64,000 nt of DNA from Octopus vulgaris (GCA_951406725.2 OX597821.1:107818001-107882000), one strand, 5' to 3'; positions 1-12,835 are shown, counted from the stretch's first letter. The notes: generated from the letters alone by a model not told the origin. Numbers and translations are program-made.

Positions 1-162
1 AGGAAGGAAAGAATGAAAGAAAGGAAGATAGAAAGAAAGAGAGAGAAGGGAAGAAGGAAGAAAGTCAGAGAAAACGAAAGAAAGAAGGAAAGAAAGAAAG
101 AAGGAATGAGAGTAAGAAAGAAAGAAAGAAAGAAAGAGAGAAAGAGAGAAAGAAAGGAAGAA
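1..162. repeat. Purine-rich (GAAA/GGAA)n low-complexity tract
   Basis: Direct inspection; explains the K/E/R-rich start of ORF 13..360. Confidence 0.9.
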
Positions 163-454
163 TGGGTAAGTGACGGTTGGGACACCTTTTATAATAATGG
201 ATACAAATATTTGCACAAGGCCAGCAATCTCAGGGTGAGTGGGGGTAAATCGCTTACATCGACCTCCATTTCTCAACTTTTTCCCCTCTCTTTCCTTCCA
301 GGATATGGTGCCTTACTTTTATACACCGTGTCCTTGAAGAGTTATGATTTATCTTCATAAAGGCGACTGGAGAGATTTGAAGCGGTTGCAAACCGAAATA
401 TATCGGCCCGTGGTCAGCGCCGGATCAACCGTTAAGCAAACTAAATACGTGCTT

Positions 455-1358
455 AGAGCGAAAAGACGGACGATATGCCGATAAGCATTTTGGCCGGCGT
501 GCTAACGATTCTGCTAACTCGTCTCTTTAACGCCTTTCACAATCCAGTCTACTATAGGCAAAAAGCCTGAAATTTTACGGGGAGTGACCTAGTCAATTAC
601 ATCGACCCCAGTACTCAACTGGTACTTATTTAACAACCCCGAAAGGATGACATGCAAAGTCGACGTCGTCGGCATTTGAACTCAGAACTTTTAAAGACGG
701 ACGAAATGCCGCTAAGCATTCTGCCCGGCGCAGTAACGATTCTGCCAGCTCACTGCGTTTTAATAGTAATAATACTCCTTTCTGCTATAGGCACAAGCCC
801 TAAAATTTCTGGGCAGGGGACCAGTAAATTGCATCGACCCCAGTGCTTGACTGGTGCTTATTTTATCCACCTCGAAAGGATGAAAGGCAAAGGCGACCTC
901 AGCGGAATTTGAACTCAGAATGTAAAGCCGGACAAAATACATATTTCTTTACTACCCACAAGGAGCTAAACACGGAAGGGACGAACAAGGACAGACAAAC
1001 GAATTAAGTCGATTATATCGACCCCAGTGCGTAACTGGTACTTAATATATCGACCCCGAAAGGATGAAAGGCAAAGTCGACCTCGGCGGAATTTGAACTC
1101 AGAACTTAGCGGCAGACGAAATACTGCTAAGCATTTCGCCCGGCGTGCTAACGATTCTATTCTACTCTAGGCACAAGGACTGGAATTTGGGGGCAGTCGA
1201 TTAGATCGACTCCAGTACGCAGCTGGTACTTAATTTGTCGATTCCGAAAGGATGAAAGGCAAAGTAGACCTCGGCGGAATTTGAATTCAGAACGTAAAGA
1301 CGGACGAAATGTAGCAAAGCAGTTTGCTCGGCGTGCTAACGTTTCTGCCATCACGCCA
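455..1358 (-). mobile_element. Tandem cluster of 4-5 tRNA-derived SINE copies (family A, Nin-domain-like)
   Basis: Repeated block atcgaccccgaaaggatgaaaggcaaagtcgacctcggcggaatttgaactcagaac...gcatttcgcccggcgtgctaacg. Minus strand has B-box GAGTTCAAATTCC followed by GCCTTTCATCCTTTCGGGGTCGATAAA, which resembles the Nin SINE domain. Confidence 0.85.
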
Positions 1359-1384
1359 CTTTGATTTAAAAATAATAATAATGA

Positions 1385-1453
<69 letters not shown>

Positions 1454-1454
<1 letters not shown>

Positions 1455-1973
1455 TTCTGATCTTAACTGATTGGAAGTGTTATCATGTACATTGTTTTGT
1501 CTTGGTATAAAAGATGGGCTACAGCAAATATTCTGCTCAATACCACAGATTTGCTTGTCAGTTGTTTGACCTTAACCAGTTGAGCATGTCCCTTAGTGGC
1601 TGACGATATGTGCATCTCTGATCACGAGCAGAAGTAGTGGGGGAGCATCATAGCCATGTGTTGAGAGGGATTCTTTGGGGTTTGAATAGTTCACCTCTGG
1701 AAACATGGATGGTTCTTTCAACATCCTTAAGCAACCCTTATTCAGGGACCGTTTGAGCGGGATGGGCTACTCAACCTGAAGAAAATTCTAACTGGGCCCC
1801 ACCTGCAAGGTCATGTGCTGTTTATCTTGATATGAGATCACCATGTCGCGCACATATGGTTGTGATGCATGTGCCTGGTGTACCTTTATCAGACGGGTAG
1901 TCATGATGGGTATATTGGGCTTCGTATATTTTACCCCAGTGTCACTTTGATGGCATGAACTGCTCTCTCACTC
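1454..1973 (+). mobile_element. 5'-truncated LINE 3' UTR inserted in (AAT)n (possibly R4/Dong clade)
   Basis: Last ~150 bp near-identical to 18028-18176; both end ...ctgctctctcactc(AAT)n and have (AAT)n on both sides. Clade assignment is inferred from the target only. Confidence 0.65.
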
Positions 1974-1992
1974 AATAATAATAATAATAATA

Positions 1993-2187
1993 ATAGCACG
2001 CCGGAGAAAATGCTTATCATCATTTCGTCCGTCTTTACGTTCTGAGTTCAAATTCCGCCGTAGTCGACTTTGCCTTTCATCCTTTCGGGGTCGATAAACT
2101 ATGTACCAGTTGCGTACTGATGTCAATCTAATCGACTGGCCTCCCTCCCACAAAATTTCAGGCCTTGTGCCTAGAGTAGAAAAGAAT
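1993..2187 (+). mobile_element. SINE family A copy
   Basis: tagcacgccgg...ctgagttcaaattccgcc...gcctttcatcctttcggggtcgataa, reverse complement of the 455-1358 units. Confidence 0.85.
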
Positions 2188-2189
2188 TT

Positions 2190-2441
2190 TCTTTTATTCT
2201 TTTATTCTTTTACTTTTTTCAGTCATTTGACTGCGGCCATACAGGAGCTACGCCTTAAAGGGTTTTAGTCGAAGAAATCGACCCTAGGACATATTCTTTG
2301 TATGCCGAGTACTTATTCTATCGGGTTCTGTTTTGCTTAGCTGCTAAGTTACGGTGTCATAAACACACCAGCATCAGTTGTCAAGGGTTGATAGGAGGAC
2401 AAACACAGACAAGCAGATACATACATACATACATACATACA

Positions 2442-2472
<31 letters not shown>

Positions 2473-3050
2473 TTACATACATACAGGTTGCCATCTTGCT
2501 CGATGGCACGTGGCATCTGCGCCATTAGAGTCTATATATGGGTGCCCATGTTAGTATCTAATGGGCACCCATATATGGATTCTAATGGCGCAGAAGAATG
2601 AATTGATTATTTTAGCCTGGCTGTGTGTGTATACAGTTGAAAAGAATACTTTAAAAAAAGAAATAAGTAAAAATAAATACTTGCATTGTAGCTGCGTTGG
2701 GCCTCCTTAGTCTCCTGGAAACCAATATTTTTAGACCCAGTCCGCCACTACATACATACATACATACATACATACATGCATACGTACATACGTACATACG
2801 TACATACGTACATACATACATACATACATACATACATACATACATACATACATGTGTATGTGTGTGTGTATGTGTGTGTATGTGTATGTACGACCGGTTT
2901 CTTTCGGTTTACGTCTACCAAATCCATTCACAAGGCTTTGATCAGCCCGAGGCTATAACTGAAGGTACTTGCCCAAGGTGTAACGCAGTGGGACTGAACC
3001 AGGAACCTTGTGATTGAGAAGCAAACTTCTTACCACACAGCCACGCCTAC
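2190..3050 (-). mobile_element. SINE family B copy (tRNA head + CORE-like + tail), split at its internal microsatellite by unrelated sequence
   Basis: Tail half 2190-2410 (cagtcatttgactgcggcc...) and head half 2888-3050 (...acttgcccaaggtg...cttaccacacagccac) match the full copy at 16979-17452. Confidence 0.8.
2516..2594. other. 79-nt near-perfect hairpin (34-bp arms)
   Basis: tctgcgccattagagtctatatatgggtgcccat / atgggcacccatatatggattctaatggcgcaga, 2 mismatches, 11-nt loop. Confidence 0.9.
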
Positions 3051-3169
3051 GTCTATGGGTACACTTTGATTGAGCAACATATCCAGGTGCAGGAAGAGAG
3101 AACTTCACCCGCGCTTGGCTGGTAGTCATTTTTGCGATCATTGAACGATCACCAGCGCAAGACACAGTG

Positions 3170-3616
3170 CTTTACTGACCAACAAACTGAAGCCAGCAAT
3201 TCGCACCTAACGCCGAAGCCTATTGTCGAAGAAAGTTTTGTTGTCGCATGACAATGCACGCCCAGGAACAGCCGCCCAGACCGTTGAAACCATTAACCAA
3301 TTGGGTTTTGAGCTGCTGAAACAACCTGCCTACAGACCAGATCTCGCACCTTCTGACTATCATATCTTTGGACCGCTCAAAGATGGTTTACGACGTCGTC
3401 GATTTCCTACGGATGAAGATGAGAAGGAAACGGTGCATAAATGGCCGCACGACCAACTGGAGAGATTACGCAAACTTGTGAACCACTGGGCCAAGTGCAT
3501 CGAAAAGGAAGGAGACTATATAGAAAAATGGCGTACTTGGTTATTGTTTATTCCCTGCTTTTACGTAAATACATTGAAAAAACAAGAGTACGTATAATAT
3601 TTGATTCTCCCTTGTA
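3170..3616 (+). mobile_element. mariner (DD34D) transposase pseudogene, C-terminal half plus 3' TIR
   Basis: HDNARP, PAYRPDLAPSDYHIFGPLK (YSPDLAPSD motif), WAKCIEKEGDYIEK; ends ...atttgattctcccttgTA. Confidence 0.92.
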
Positions 3617-4374
3617 CATATACACAAAACTACACACACACACACGCACACGCACACACAATCCCCTCCCTCTCTCTCCCCTTCTCTCTCACACACACAT
3701 ATGCACACACACACTCACAGACATGGCTGCGCCATATTCTGAAAAGAAAAAAATATCGAAGCTTTTCGTTGTTGGTGTCTTAACCATTCTTTGTTTCCTT
3801 ATTGCCTTTTAATAGTCAAGTATTCCTTTGTTCAGAATATTCTTTGACCAAATAATGGTTGTGAGATAACAGAAACAATAGAATACGGTACGGAATAGTC
3901 GATAGAAATGATTCTTTGGAACATTTTTGCATTTTCAGTTCATATTCTATTGTTTCTTAGACATTATTCAGTTGCGTCTAATATTCCATTTCCGGTTGAC
4001 GTAACGCTTCAAAGAAATCACAGAGAAACGAAAAAACAAAAAGATCAGATAAGAAAGGAGCCTTTATGTGGTCATATGATCTCCAAAAAAGAGCAGCTAA
4101 ATCTCCCTCAAATACATTTGGGGAAAGTCTCCGTGAAAATAAACGTAAGCTTAGAAATATATGACAAAATAAAAAGTGAACCGGTATGGGTGTGTGGCTC
4201 GCTTTGTAACCAAATGGATTCTGATTCAGTGCCACTGCGTGACACCATGAGCAAGTTTTTGCTGCCTTGTGAGTGAACATGGTCATCAGAAGCTGTATGT
4301 GGAAGCTCGTCGGATGTATATATGTATGAATGTATGTATTTATGTATGTATGTCTGTATGTATGTATATATGTC

Positions 4375-4655
4375 AGTCATCGTTCAGTTTTATTTCAAGA
4401 TTTCTTGCCAATAGAGAAAGAGTCGGTTTCCAACCTAGATCCAATGCTGCTTCACTGGAATTTCAACATCAACAACAGGGTATTTTTGTTTGCATAAATT
4501 TATTCATGCATGTATGAATGTATCTACGTATCTATGCATGTATGTATGTCATTGTTCAGTTTTATTTCAAGATTTCTGACCAATAGAGAAAGAGTCGGTT
4601 TCTAACCTAGATTCAAGGCTCCTTCATTGGAATTTCAGTATCAACAATAGGGAAT
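4375..4655 (-). mobile_element. Two tandem ~105-bp retroposon 3'-end fragments embedded in (ATGT)n
   Basis: 4375-4480 and 4548-4652 near-identical (gttcagttttatttcaagatttct...agagaaagagtcggtttc.aacctagat); diverged relative at ~19830-19990 in (ATAC)n. Confidence 0.6.
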
Positions 4656-4852
4656 GTATGTATGTATGTATGTATGTATGTATGTATGTATATATGTATG
4701 TATGTATGTATGTATGTGTGCATGTATGCATGTATGTATGCATGTATGTATGCATGTATGCATGTATGCATGCATGTATGTATGTATGTATGTAAGTTTG
4801 TGAGCAGATTTGTATGTTTTGCTTTATGTATGTATTGTTTCTTTATTATCTC

Positions 4853-5164
4853 GGCAATGACCCCCTCATCAGGATGAATACCACTCTCTAGGAATTTCAG
4901 AATCAAGTAGTTCACGAGAATTACAATACAGGCGCAATTCTTATTTATTCATAACTAAAAACAAAACCGCTCCAACGAACTCCCGAATTCCTAATTTATT
5001 TTATTTTAGTTATTTATTTATTTAGTTAGTTAGGAATTTCGGACTGAACCTGCTAAAAGTTATATGTTATAAGTAAGAATTGTGTCCGTATTGTAATCCA
5101 TGTGAACTACTTCACTGTGAAATTCTTAGAGAGTTCTGTTCACACTGATGAGGAGTCCATTGTC
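4853..5164. mobile_element. Diverged fold-back element (inverted Penelope-like pLTR remnants with CTGATGAG cores)
   Basis: ctcatcag...ctctctaggaatttca...aagtagttcac...attacaatac...caattctta is mirrored by taagaattg...gtattgtaat...gtgaactactt...tgaaattcttagagag...ctgatgag. Confidence 0.65.
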
Positions 5165-5467
5165 AAGATGCGTTTAAAATTGCAATCGAACCACGGCAAT
5201 GAACTTCCAAAATGGCTATAGATGTGGATTTTGACCTATACGTTTTTGGAACTCTCTTACGCTCCTTGGGTACCGGACTTACTACGGATTGCTTCATTGT
5301 TAAGACCTAACTATTTTGATATATATTTAATCGACGGGTAAAATATTTTCAGCCGATTGATATGTTTTGATAATTCATTTTAATCACCTATTTTAGTCGA
5401 TTTTTATATATATATTTTTCCAGACATGCCCTTCTATATATTTTTGTATTTTTTAAATGTGCATATA

Positions 5468-5602
5468 TACAGGGTGTCCCAAAAAAATGTATACACACCT
5501 TAAATAATTGTAAATTTGTTATTCTTTGTAAGCCTAGTACTTATTCTATCGTTCTCTTTTGCCGAACCACTATATGTATACATTTTTATGGGACGCCCTG
5601 TA
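5468..5602. mobile_element. Tc1/mariner-type MITE with TA target duplication
   Basis: TA-CAGGGTGTCCCAAAAAAATGTATACA ... TGTATACATTTTTATGGGACGCCCTG-TA. Confidence 0.85.
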
Positions 5603-5729
5603 TTTTTTTTACCATCGCTGTTTATATATATGTATTTCTTTTACATGTTGACGATCGGGTGTTATATGAAGTCGTTTACCCGAATTTGATGTGTGTTCTC
5701 TAATCAAGGATTTTTATAATACACACACA

Positions 5730-5787
<58 letters not shown>

Positions 5788-6031
5788 CATGCATATATAC
5801 ATATATGCAAATATATCTATATGATAATACTAATACAGTAGCATGAACAGGATAAACTATCCATATATTACAGAAAAAATCGTTCCTGGCCAGCCAGTAT
5901 GTGGACAATTTATACTGTTCAGGCTATTGTATTAGCATTATCATGCGTTTGAGAATAAATTTAGTTCTGTATCATGCAATACATCTCAACGCTTCTAAAA
6001 CAAACTTTGTTTACTTTCATCGTAAATTGAA

Positions 6032-6110
<79 letters not shown>

Positions 6111-6158
6111 AACAAGTCAAAAATAGAAAATGCTAAGATGATTTTATAGTGAATCTTT

Positions 6159-6196
6159 CAGTACCGGTTTCGGTCATTTTGAGACCTTTTCAACTG
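6159..6196 (-). ncRNA. Minimal type I hammerhead ribozyme, U3:A8 core variant (pLTR copy 1)
   Basis: CAG-UUGAAAA-GGUC(ucaaaau)GACC-GAAA-CCGG-UA-CUG: stem I, core, stem II, palindromic stem III, UH site. Confidence 0.75.
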
Positions 6197-6751
6197 TAAC
6201 GATTAAATAATTAAATTTAGAAAAATTTAGAAAAATTAGAAGAAAGGTTTTTTTAAAGGAATACTTCCATAGTAGTGTTCAGATATAGGTGGCATTCTGC
6301 CTTTCTCTGACTCCCTTGTTTGCACTTGTGTATTCGAGGTCGTTGTGAGTTCTTGAGGGGTGGGAGTGGGAAAAGCTGGGCTGGTCAGTGGCGACCGGCA
6401 GTCGCTGCGTAGGCGTTATACTTAAAGACATTAGTGATAAGGTTAAGGGGTAGAAGGTGGAGAAGTAGAAGAAGAAGAAGAAGAAGATGACGGTGCCGAT
6501 GATGATGACGATGAAGAAGAAGAAGGAGAAGGAGAAGATGACGATGATGATGGTGGTGATGACGATGACGACGATGATGATGATAATGATGATGATGAAG
6601 AAGAAGAAGAGGAAGAAGAAGAAAAAAAACAGAGAAGGGAGAATATGAATGGGTGAAGATATAGCTGTGATGGGGCGATTAGTAATGGATTCTATGGAAT
6701 GTAATATTTGTGTGTGTATATATATTTCTTTTATTCTTAAGTTGAGGTATA

Positions 6752-8975
6752 TTAATTGTTTGTCGTAGACCCGTTAAGAAGTGACCTGTATTTTATAATA
6801 AAGAGATTTTCTTTACTTATTCGTTGTCTCGAGGTTGTATCGTCCCTAAATTGGTAGAGGGGGAAAATTCTGAAGTTTGGTGTTTTTTTGTTGGCGCAAG
6901 TATCTATGTGTTGGCTAAAAGCTATTTTTCTGTTTTGGGGAATTTTTATCTGGGATCTGTGCAGGGCCATTCGTTTACGCAAACCATTTTTTGTTTGGCC
7001 TATGTACTGCTCTTGACACCCGGAGCAGGTTAGTGAGTATATTAGGTTCTCCGAAGCACATGTGAAGTTGCTTTTCACTGTAAACCGTTGTCCCTGTTTG
7101 AAGGAGAACTCAGAACCCTCGATTAGATAGTCGCATATCCCGCAATTGGGCCTTCCACATTTTTTTACTGTCGGCTTCTGTGTTGAAGAGTGAATTCGGG
7201 CTTGTGTTAGGAGACTTTTCATGGATCTAGGCTGTCTTTTGCTTTTTATGATCGTGTGTGTTTGGAGGATTGTGTTCATTCTGTGGTCTTTTTTTAGGAG
7301 GGGTATGTTGTGGAGGATGGTGCCGAAGGCTTCGTTATTGAGAGGGTTGTGTGTGGAGATGTATGGTAGGCTTTTGGTTGTAAGTTTTTCTTTGATTTGG
7401 GATGTCTCAGTTCCTTGATGTTAAGTTGAAGGGCACGTTGAATGCACTTGTCAATAAGTGAAGGTGGATAGTTCCTGGTGATAAGGGTATCTTTTAGTTC
7501 TTGTAGTCGTGTGTCTCTGGTGTTTGCGTTAGAGACTATAGTGCATATCCTTTTTGCTAGATTGAAGGGGATATTCATCCTGGTGTGTCTGGGGTGGCAT
7601 GAATTGAATGGAAGATATTGCTTAGAGTCTGTAGGCTTATAGTATATGTCTGTTTCTATTATATTATTAGCTTTCTTAATGAGGATATCGAGGAAGGGGA
7701 GTTGTTGTTGGCTATATTCCATCGTGAATTGGATGTTTACGTCCAGCCCGTTTAAAATTTCCTGGAATTCTATGAGTTTTTCTATATTTTTATGCCAAAG
7801 AATGAAACAGTCATCTAGATATCTCTTCCAGTTGTTTTCTATGTAGATGGAGAAAGGGCTGCCATATCTTTCTAGAACCTTACGATACAGACTGATCTCT
7901 AGGTATCCTATGACTAGGTTGGCAAAGGAGGGGGCCATTCGTGTACCCATCGCAGTCCCCGATTTTTGTCGGTAGAAGTTGTCATTGAAGGCGAAGAAGT
8001 TATTTTCCAGGATGAATTTAACCCCTTCTATCACGAATTCTTTTTTGATGCGGTGTGATAGTTCGTTGGCGTGATTCTCTAGCCAGAATTGGATTGCCTC
8101 TAGTCCTAGGTTGTGGGGGATATTGGAGTAGAGGTTGACTACATCGAATGATACCAGTATGGTGTTTTGGTTTATAGTATTCGGTAGGTGATTGAGCATA
8201 TCTAAGTCGTCCCTTATATAGCTTTTGACATGTTTGAGGAGTGGTTTTAACAGGGTGTCTAAAAAGTTACTGAGACGGTGGGTTTCGCATGCGGGACCTG
8301 CTATTATGGGTCTCAATTTGAGGTCATTAGGATTAGGGACTTTAATTATTTTGTCTGTGGCTATCTTGCATGCGTTGCTTATTTTTTCACTTTTGTGGAT
8401 CTTAGGTATACCGTAGAATTGGCTAGTTTTACTTGTGAAATTGGTCATATAATCATATTCTTTGTCGGTGAGCCCTGCTTTGTATGGGTTAAATATGGAT
8501 TTTAGTTCCCTCATTATTTTTTGTTGACTGTAGTTTTGTGCCTTTTCATAGCATGTTGTGTCTTCCAGCATAGAAAGAACCTAAGTTATGTAAAAAGTCG
8601 TATCCATTAAGACAACAGCACTCCCTTTATCGGCCTCTTTGATTGTTATTGTTTTATCTTGTTTTAATTTGTTCAACTCAGCCCATTCTTTTTTGCTGAA
8701 GTTTGGTTTGTGTTTTTGTTTGTGCATATGTTGATATGGGTAATTAGATATGTGGTCACAGAAATCATCAAGTGTTTTGTTCTTACCTTTCGAGGGGGTG
8801 TAGTTACTCCTATTTCTGGCTAACGATTCGTCCTCGTTGTATTTATCGTATAGCTCCTCAGTAAGTCTTAATTTTCTGCAGAATTCTGCGATGTCTTCTT
8901 TCATTTCGTTGTAGTTGGGGTGTTGTGGGGTGGGTGTAAACTTGAGTCCTTTGGAAAGTATGTTTATTTGCTGTT
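6752..8975 (-). pseudogene. PLE polyprotein: reverse transcriptase + Cys-rich linker + GIY-YIG endonuclease (1 stop, 1 frameshift)
   Basis: LSKGLKFTPTP, IKEADKGSAVV, FYGIPKIHK, LRPII, SFDVVNLYSNIP, GTAMGTRMAPSFANL, RYLDD, LPFLD, YYKPTD, SCHP, CGRPNCGIC, NLIYSLTC..C..QYIGQT...R...H. In-frame TAG at 8581-8583; frameshift near 7385-7405 restores LPYISTHNP. Confidence 0.95.
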
Positions 8976-9392
8976 CTTCTTCATCATCATCATTATCATC
9001 ATCATCGTCGTCATCGTCATCACCACCATCATCATCGTCATCTTCTCCTTCTCCTTCTTCTTCTTCATCGTCATCATCATCGGCACCGTCATCTTCTTCT
9101 TCTTCTTCTTCTTCTTCTTCTACTTCTCCACCTTCTACCCCTTAACCTTGTCACTAATGTCTTTAAGTATAACGCCTACGCAGCGACTGCCGGTCGCCAC
9201 TGACCAGCCCAGATTTTCCCACTCCCACCCCCTCAAGAACTCACAACGACCTCGAATACACAAGTGCAAACAAGGGAGTCAGAGAAAGGCAGAATGCCAC
9301 CTATATCTGAACACTACTATGGAAGTATTCCTTTAAAAAAACCTTTCTTCTAATTTTTCTAAATTTTTCTAAATTTAATTATTTAATCGTTA

Positions 9393-9430
9393 CAGTTGAA
9401 AAGGTCTCAAAATGACCGAAACCGGTACTG
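9393..9430 (+). ncRNA. Minimal type I hammerhead ribozyme, U3:A8 core variant (pLTR copy 2)
   Basis: cagttgaaaaggtctcaaaatgaccgaaaccggtactg, identical to copy 1. Confidence 0.75.
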
Positions 9431-9587
9431 AAAGATTCACTATAAAATCATCTTAGCATTTTCTATTTTTGACTTGTTTTTTCATATATATCAACTCGTG
9501 TGTTCCTTTCCACCCTTATACATATATATATATATATTTATATACATATATATATATATACATATATGTATATATACATATATATCC

Positions 9588-9870
9588 AAAATAAGCAACA
9601 AGGATGACTCCGGTAATTTGGTACGATCGTTTCGTACTACATCATTTTATTAAATGTTGTAAGTGTTACAACAGTTTTAAAATACTTACAATAATACTTA
9701 TACTTACAACATTTAATAAAATGATGTATTACGAAACGATCGTACCAAATTACCGGAGTCATTCTTGTTGCTTATTTTGATTATAATCACCCCACGGATT
9801 TTTATGGATAACACCATACAGAATTCTGGTGCATCTAAATTAAGTATCATATTCCTTTGAATCTAAATTT
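9588..9870. mobile_element. Fold-back Penelope-like pLTR fragment (~78-bp arms plus one-sided extension)
   Basis: 9588-9665 inverted at ~9701-9779 (2 mismatches); contains GAAACGATCGTA; homologous to 20540-20740. Confidence 0.75.
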
Positions 9871-10126
9871 TTGCTGAACTTATATATGTATATATTTATA
9901 TTTATAAAGTGTACTAGTCCCTTAATATTTTATATTCAATATTTCATCTATTCAATAAGACAATCAATACTTCATTTCATTTTACTATATATACTACATA
10001 TACTATTTATACTATATATTGTATATTCTACATTAATATTAGAAAGAATATAAATAAAACATAAAAAACAGAGTTGGAATTCCTTTGAATAATATATATA
10101 TACCACATACTTATATACTTATATTC

Positions 10127-10238
<112 letters not shown>

Positions 10239-10287
10239 ATCAATAGATTGGTAGGTCGGTCGGTAGATAGATAGAATAGAAGAGATT

Positions 10288-10367
<80 letters not shown>

Positions 10368-10782
10368 TAAAGAAAGTGAGTGAAAGAGAAAAGTGTAGAG
10401 ACGTACATTGAAGACTATAGTGCACAATATTCCCATACATGGAGTGATTTCTTAGGTGCAAAAACACTAATGCATTCGCGATAGAAATAATCCTGTCTTT
10501 CAGAATTGTAATAATTGTATTTGGGAATGGAATTGGCATCAACGACGATTGAAAAATATGCTGCACACTTAATGAAATCTCATTGCTTGCTGCAGGGCAC
10601 AAGTTTCATATTGAAATATCATAAATATAATGCATACGTCCCCTGTACTTTAACTATGTTATGTATGAACGTATGTATGTATGTATGTATGTATGTATGT
10701 ATGTATGTATGTATGTATGTATGTATGTACGTATGTATGTATGTATCTATCTATATCTCTCTATCTCTCTCTCGCTATCTAC

Positions 10783-10849
<67 letters not shown>

Positions 10850-10901
10850 CCTATCGGTCTGTTTGCTTATCTCTCTGTCTCTACGTGTATGTATATGTGT
10901 A

Positions 10902-10935
<34 letters not shown>

Positions 10936-10942
10936 GGCATAC

Positions 10943-10974
<32 letters not shown>

Positions 10975-11045
10975 AATATATATGTATACATATATATGTA
11001 TATTCATACATTTATATATGTATATATATATATATAATTACATTC

Positions 11046-11077
<32 letters not shown>

Positions 11078-11175
11078 ATTTATATACATCCACACATGTA
11101 TAAATACATTGGCATACATACATGTATGTGCATGTGGATGTTTCAGTGTGTGTGTGTTTCAGTGTGTGTGTGTTT

Positions 11176-11224
<49 letters not shown>

Positions 11225-11683
11225 TGTGTGTGCGTGTGTGTGTGTATAAGGCATACAAATATCATAAAGGCATACAAATATCATGTATTAAATTAGCTAT
11301 CTCTACATCTACCTGCCATACAGTTTGTCTGAACTCTCTCTCTCTCTCTTTCACTTTCTCTTTCCTCACTCTCTCAGTACACACATACACAGATATATGT
11401 ATGCATGTATGTATGCATGTGTGCATGTATATATTTCATTAGGTATTTTCCTCCATGCTCTTCCACTGTTACTCATTCTCTGTGCTTCGTTTATGAAACT
11501 TCCTTTAATTAAACCGACACGTGTCAATCCCTCATGTATCAGCCCCGGCTTATACAATTTCCACATCTTCTTCTCCGTCCATTAGATACCTCGCTTGCAC
11601 GTGAGGAAACGACTAGGCTGTGAGGGTGTGTTTTGGGTTTGGGGTTAGGGTACGACGAATAGAAAGCGATACGATAAAGAAAT

Positions 11684-11797
<114 letters not shown>

Positions 11798-11931
11798 AGC
11801 GTGTATATGTGTATGTATGTGTATATATATGTGTATGTATAAATGAATATATATAAATATACATATATGTGTGTATATGTGTATGTGTATATATATATAT
11901 ACATATATATGGGTATATATATATGTATATA

Positions 11932-11982
<51 letters not shown>

Positions 11983-11984
11983 TT

Positions 11985-12362
11985 TGTTTTTTATTTGTTT
12001 CAGTCATTTGACTGCGGCCATGCTGGAGCACGGCCTTTAGTCTGACAAATTTAGCTCAGGACTTATACTTTGTAAGTCTAGTACTTATTCTATCAGTCCT
12101 TTTTACCGAACTGCTAAGTTACGGAACAAAAACACATCACCATCGGTTTTCAAATGATGATGGGTGGGACAAACACACACACACACACAGATATATACAT
12201 ACATGCGATGAGCTTCTTTCAGTTTTCCATCTACCAAATCCACTCACAAGTCTCTGTTTGACCCGAGGCTGTAGTAGGAGACACTTGGCTAAGGTGCCAC
12301 ACAGTAGGACTGAACCCGGAGCCATGTGGTTGGGAAGCATTCTTCTTACCATGCAGCCACGC
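11985..12362 (-). mobile_element. SINE family B, near full length
   Basis: Collinear with the reverse complement of 16979-17452. Confidence 0.85.
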
Positions 12363-12835
12363 TGACATATATATATATATACGTATGAATGTATATGTAT
12401 GTGTGTATGTAAGTGTGTGTTTGCGTGCGTGTATATACACATAGAGACATTAACATATATGCATATATATATATTTGGATGTGTACGTGTGCCTGTGTGT
12501 GTGTTTATATACACTCAGAGACACAAAAACATACATTAATAAAAAGAAATTTCCCCATTGACTTAGAAGCACCTAGAATGTGCTATTTAATAATTATAAG
12601 GTAATTTGATAAATATATAACGAAGCCATACGGTGCGAAACATGTATCAAATAATTTATTCTACTCGCTCTTTGCAAAATAACTTAATTATTTGACAAGA
12701 AACCTGATATTTCGGCACAGATATCATAATGGTAGTTACAGTAAAATCACTCGCCTTCAGAGTGGCTTCCAAAGTTTGATCTTTCCTTCAAGACTGTCTC
12801 ACCGCTTGCGAGTAACGCGCTCCGGAAAATACGTA

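Larger units (their letters stand above)
6107..9483 (-). mobile_element. Penelope-like retroelement (Neptune-type), 5'-truncated, flanked by inverted pseudo-LTRs, inserted in (TA)n
   Basis: RT+GIY-YIG frame 6752-~8975; 6107-~6603 is the reverse complement of ~8974-9483 with few differences; (TA)n on both sides; ~30-nt extra tail after 9483. Confidence 0.95.

Noticed and set aside
3908-4276. ORF with signal-peptide-like N-terminus and a GTAAGC donor near 4145
   Set aside because: 4055-4115 matches a dispersed repeat (gcagctaaatctccctcaaat, also ~23490, ~23610, ~55685) and 4185 onward is a decayed SINE B head; no recognisable domain. An exon is not excluded but is unsupported.
6107-9483. DNA transposon with long TIRs, or LTR retrotransposon
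   Set aside because: Encodes PLE-type RT and GIY-YIG, with no transposase, integrase or gag; the inverted repeats are pLTR copies.
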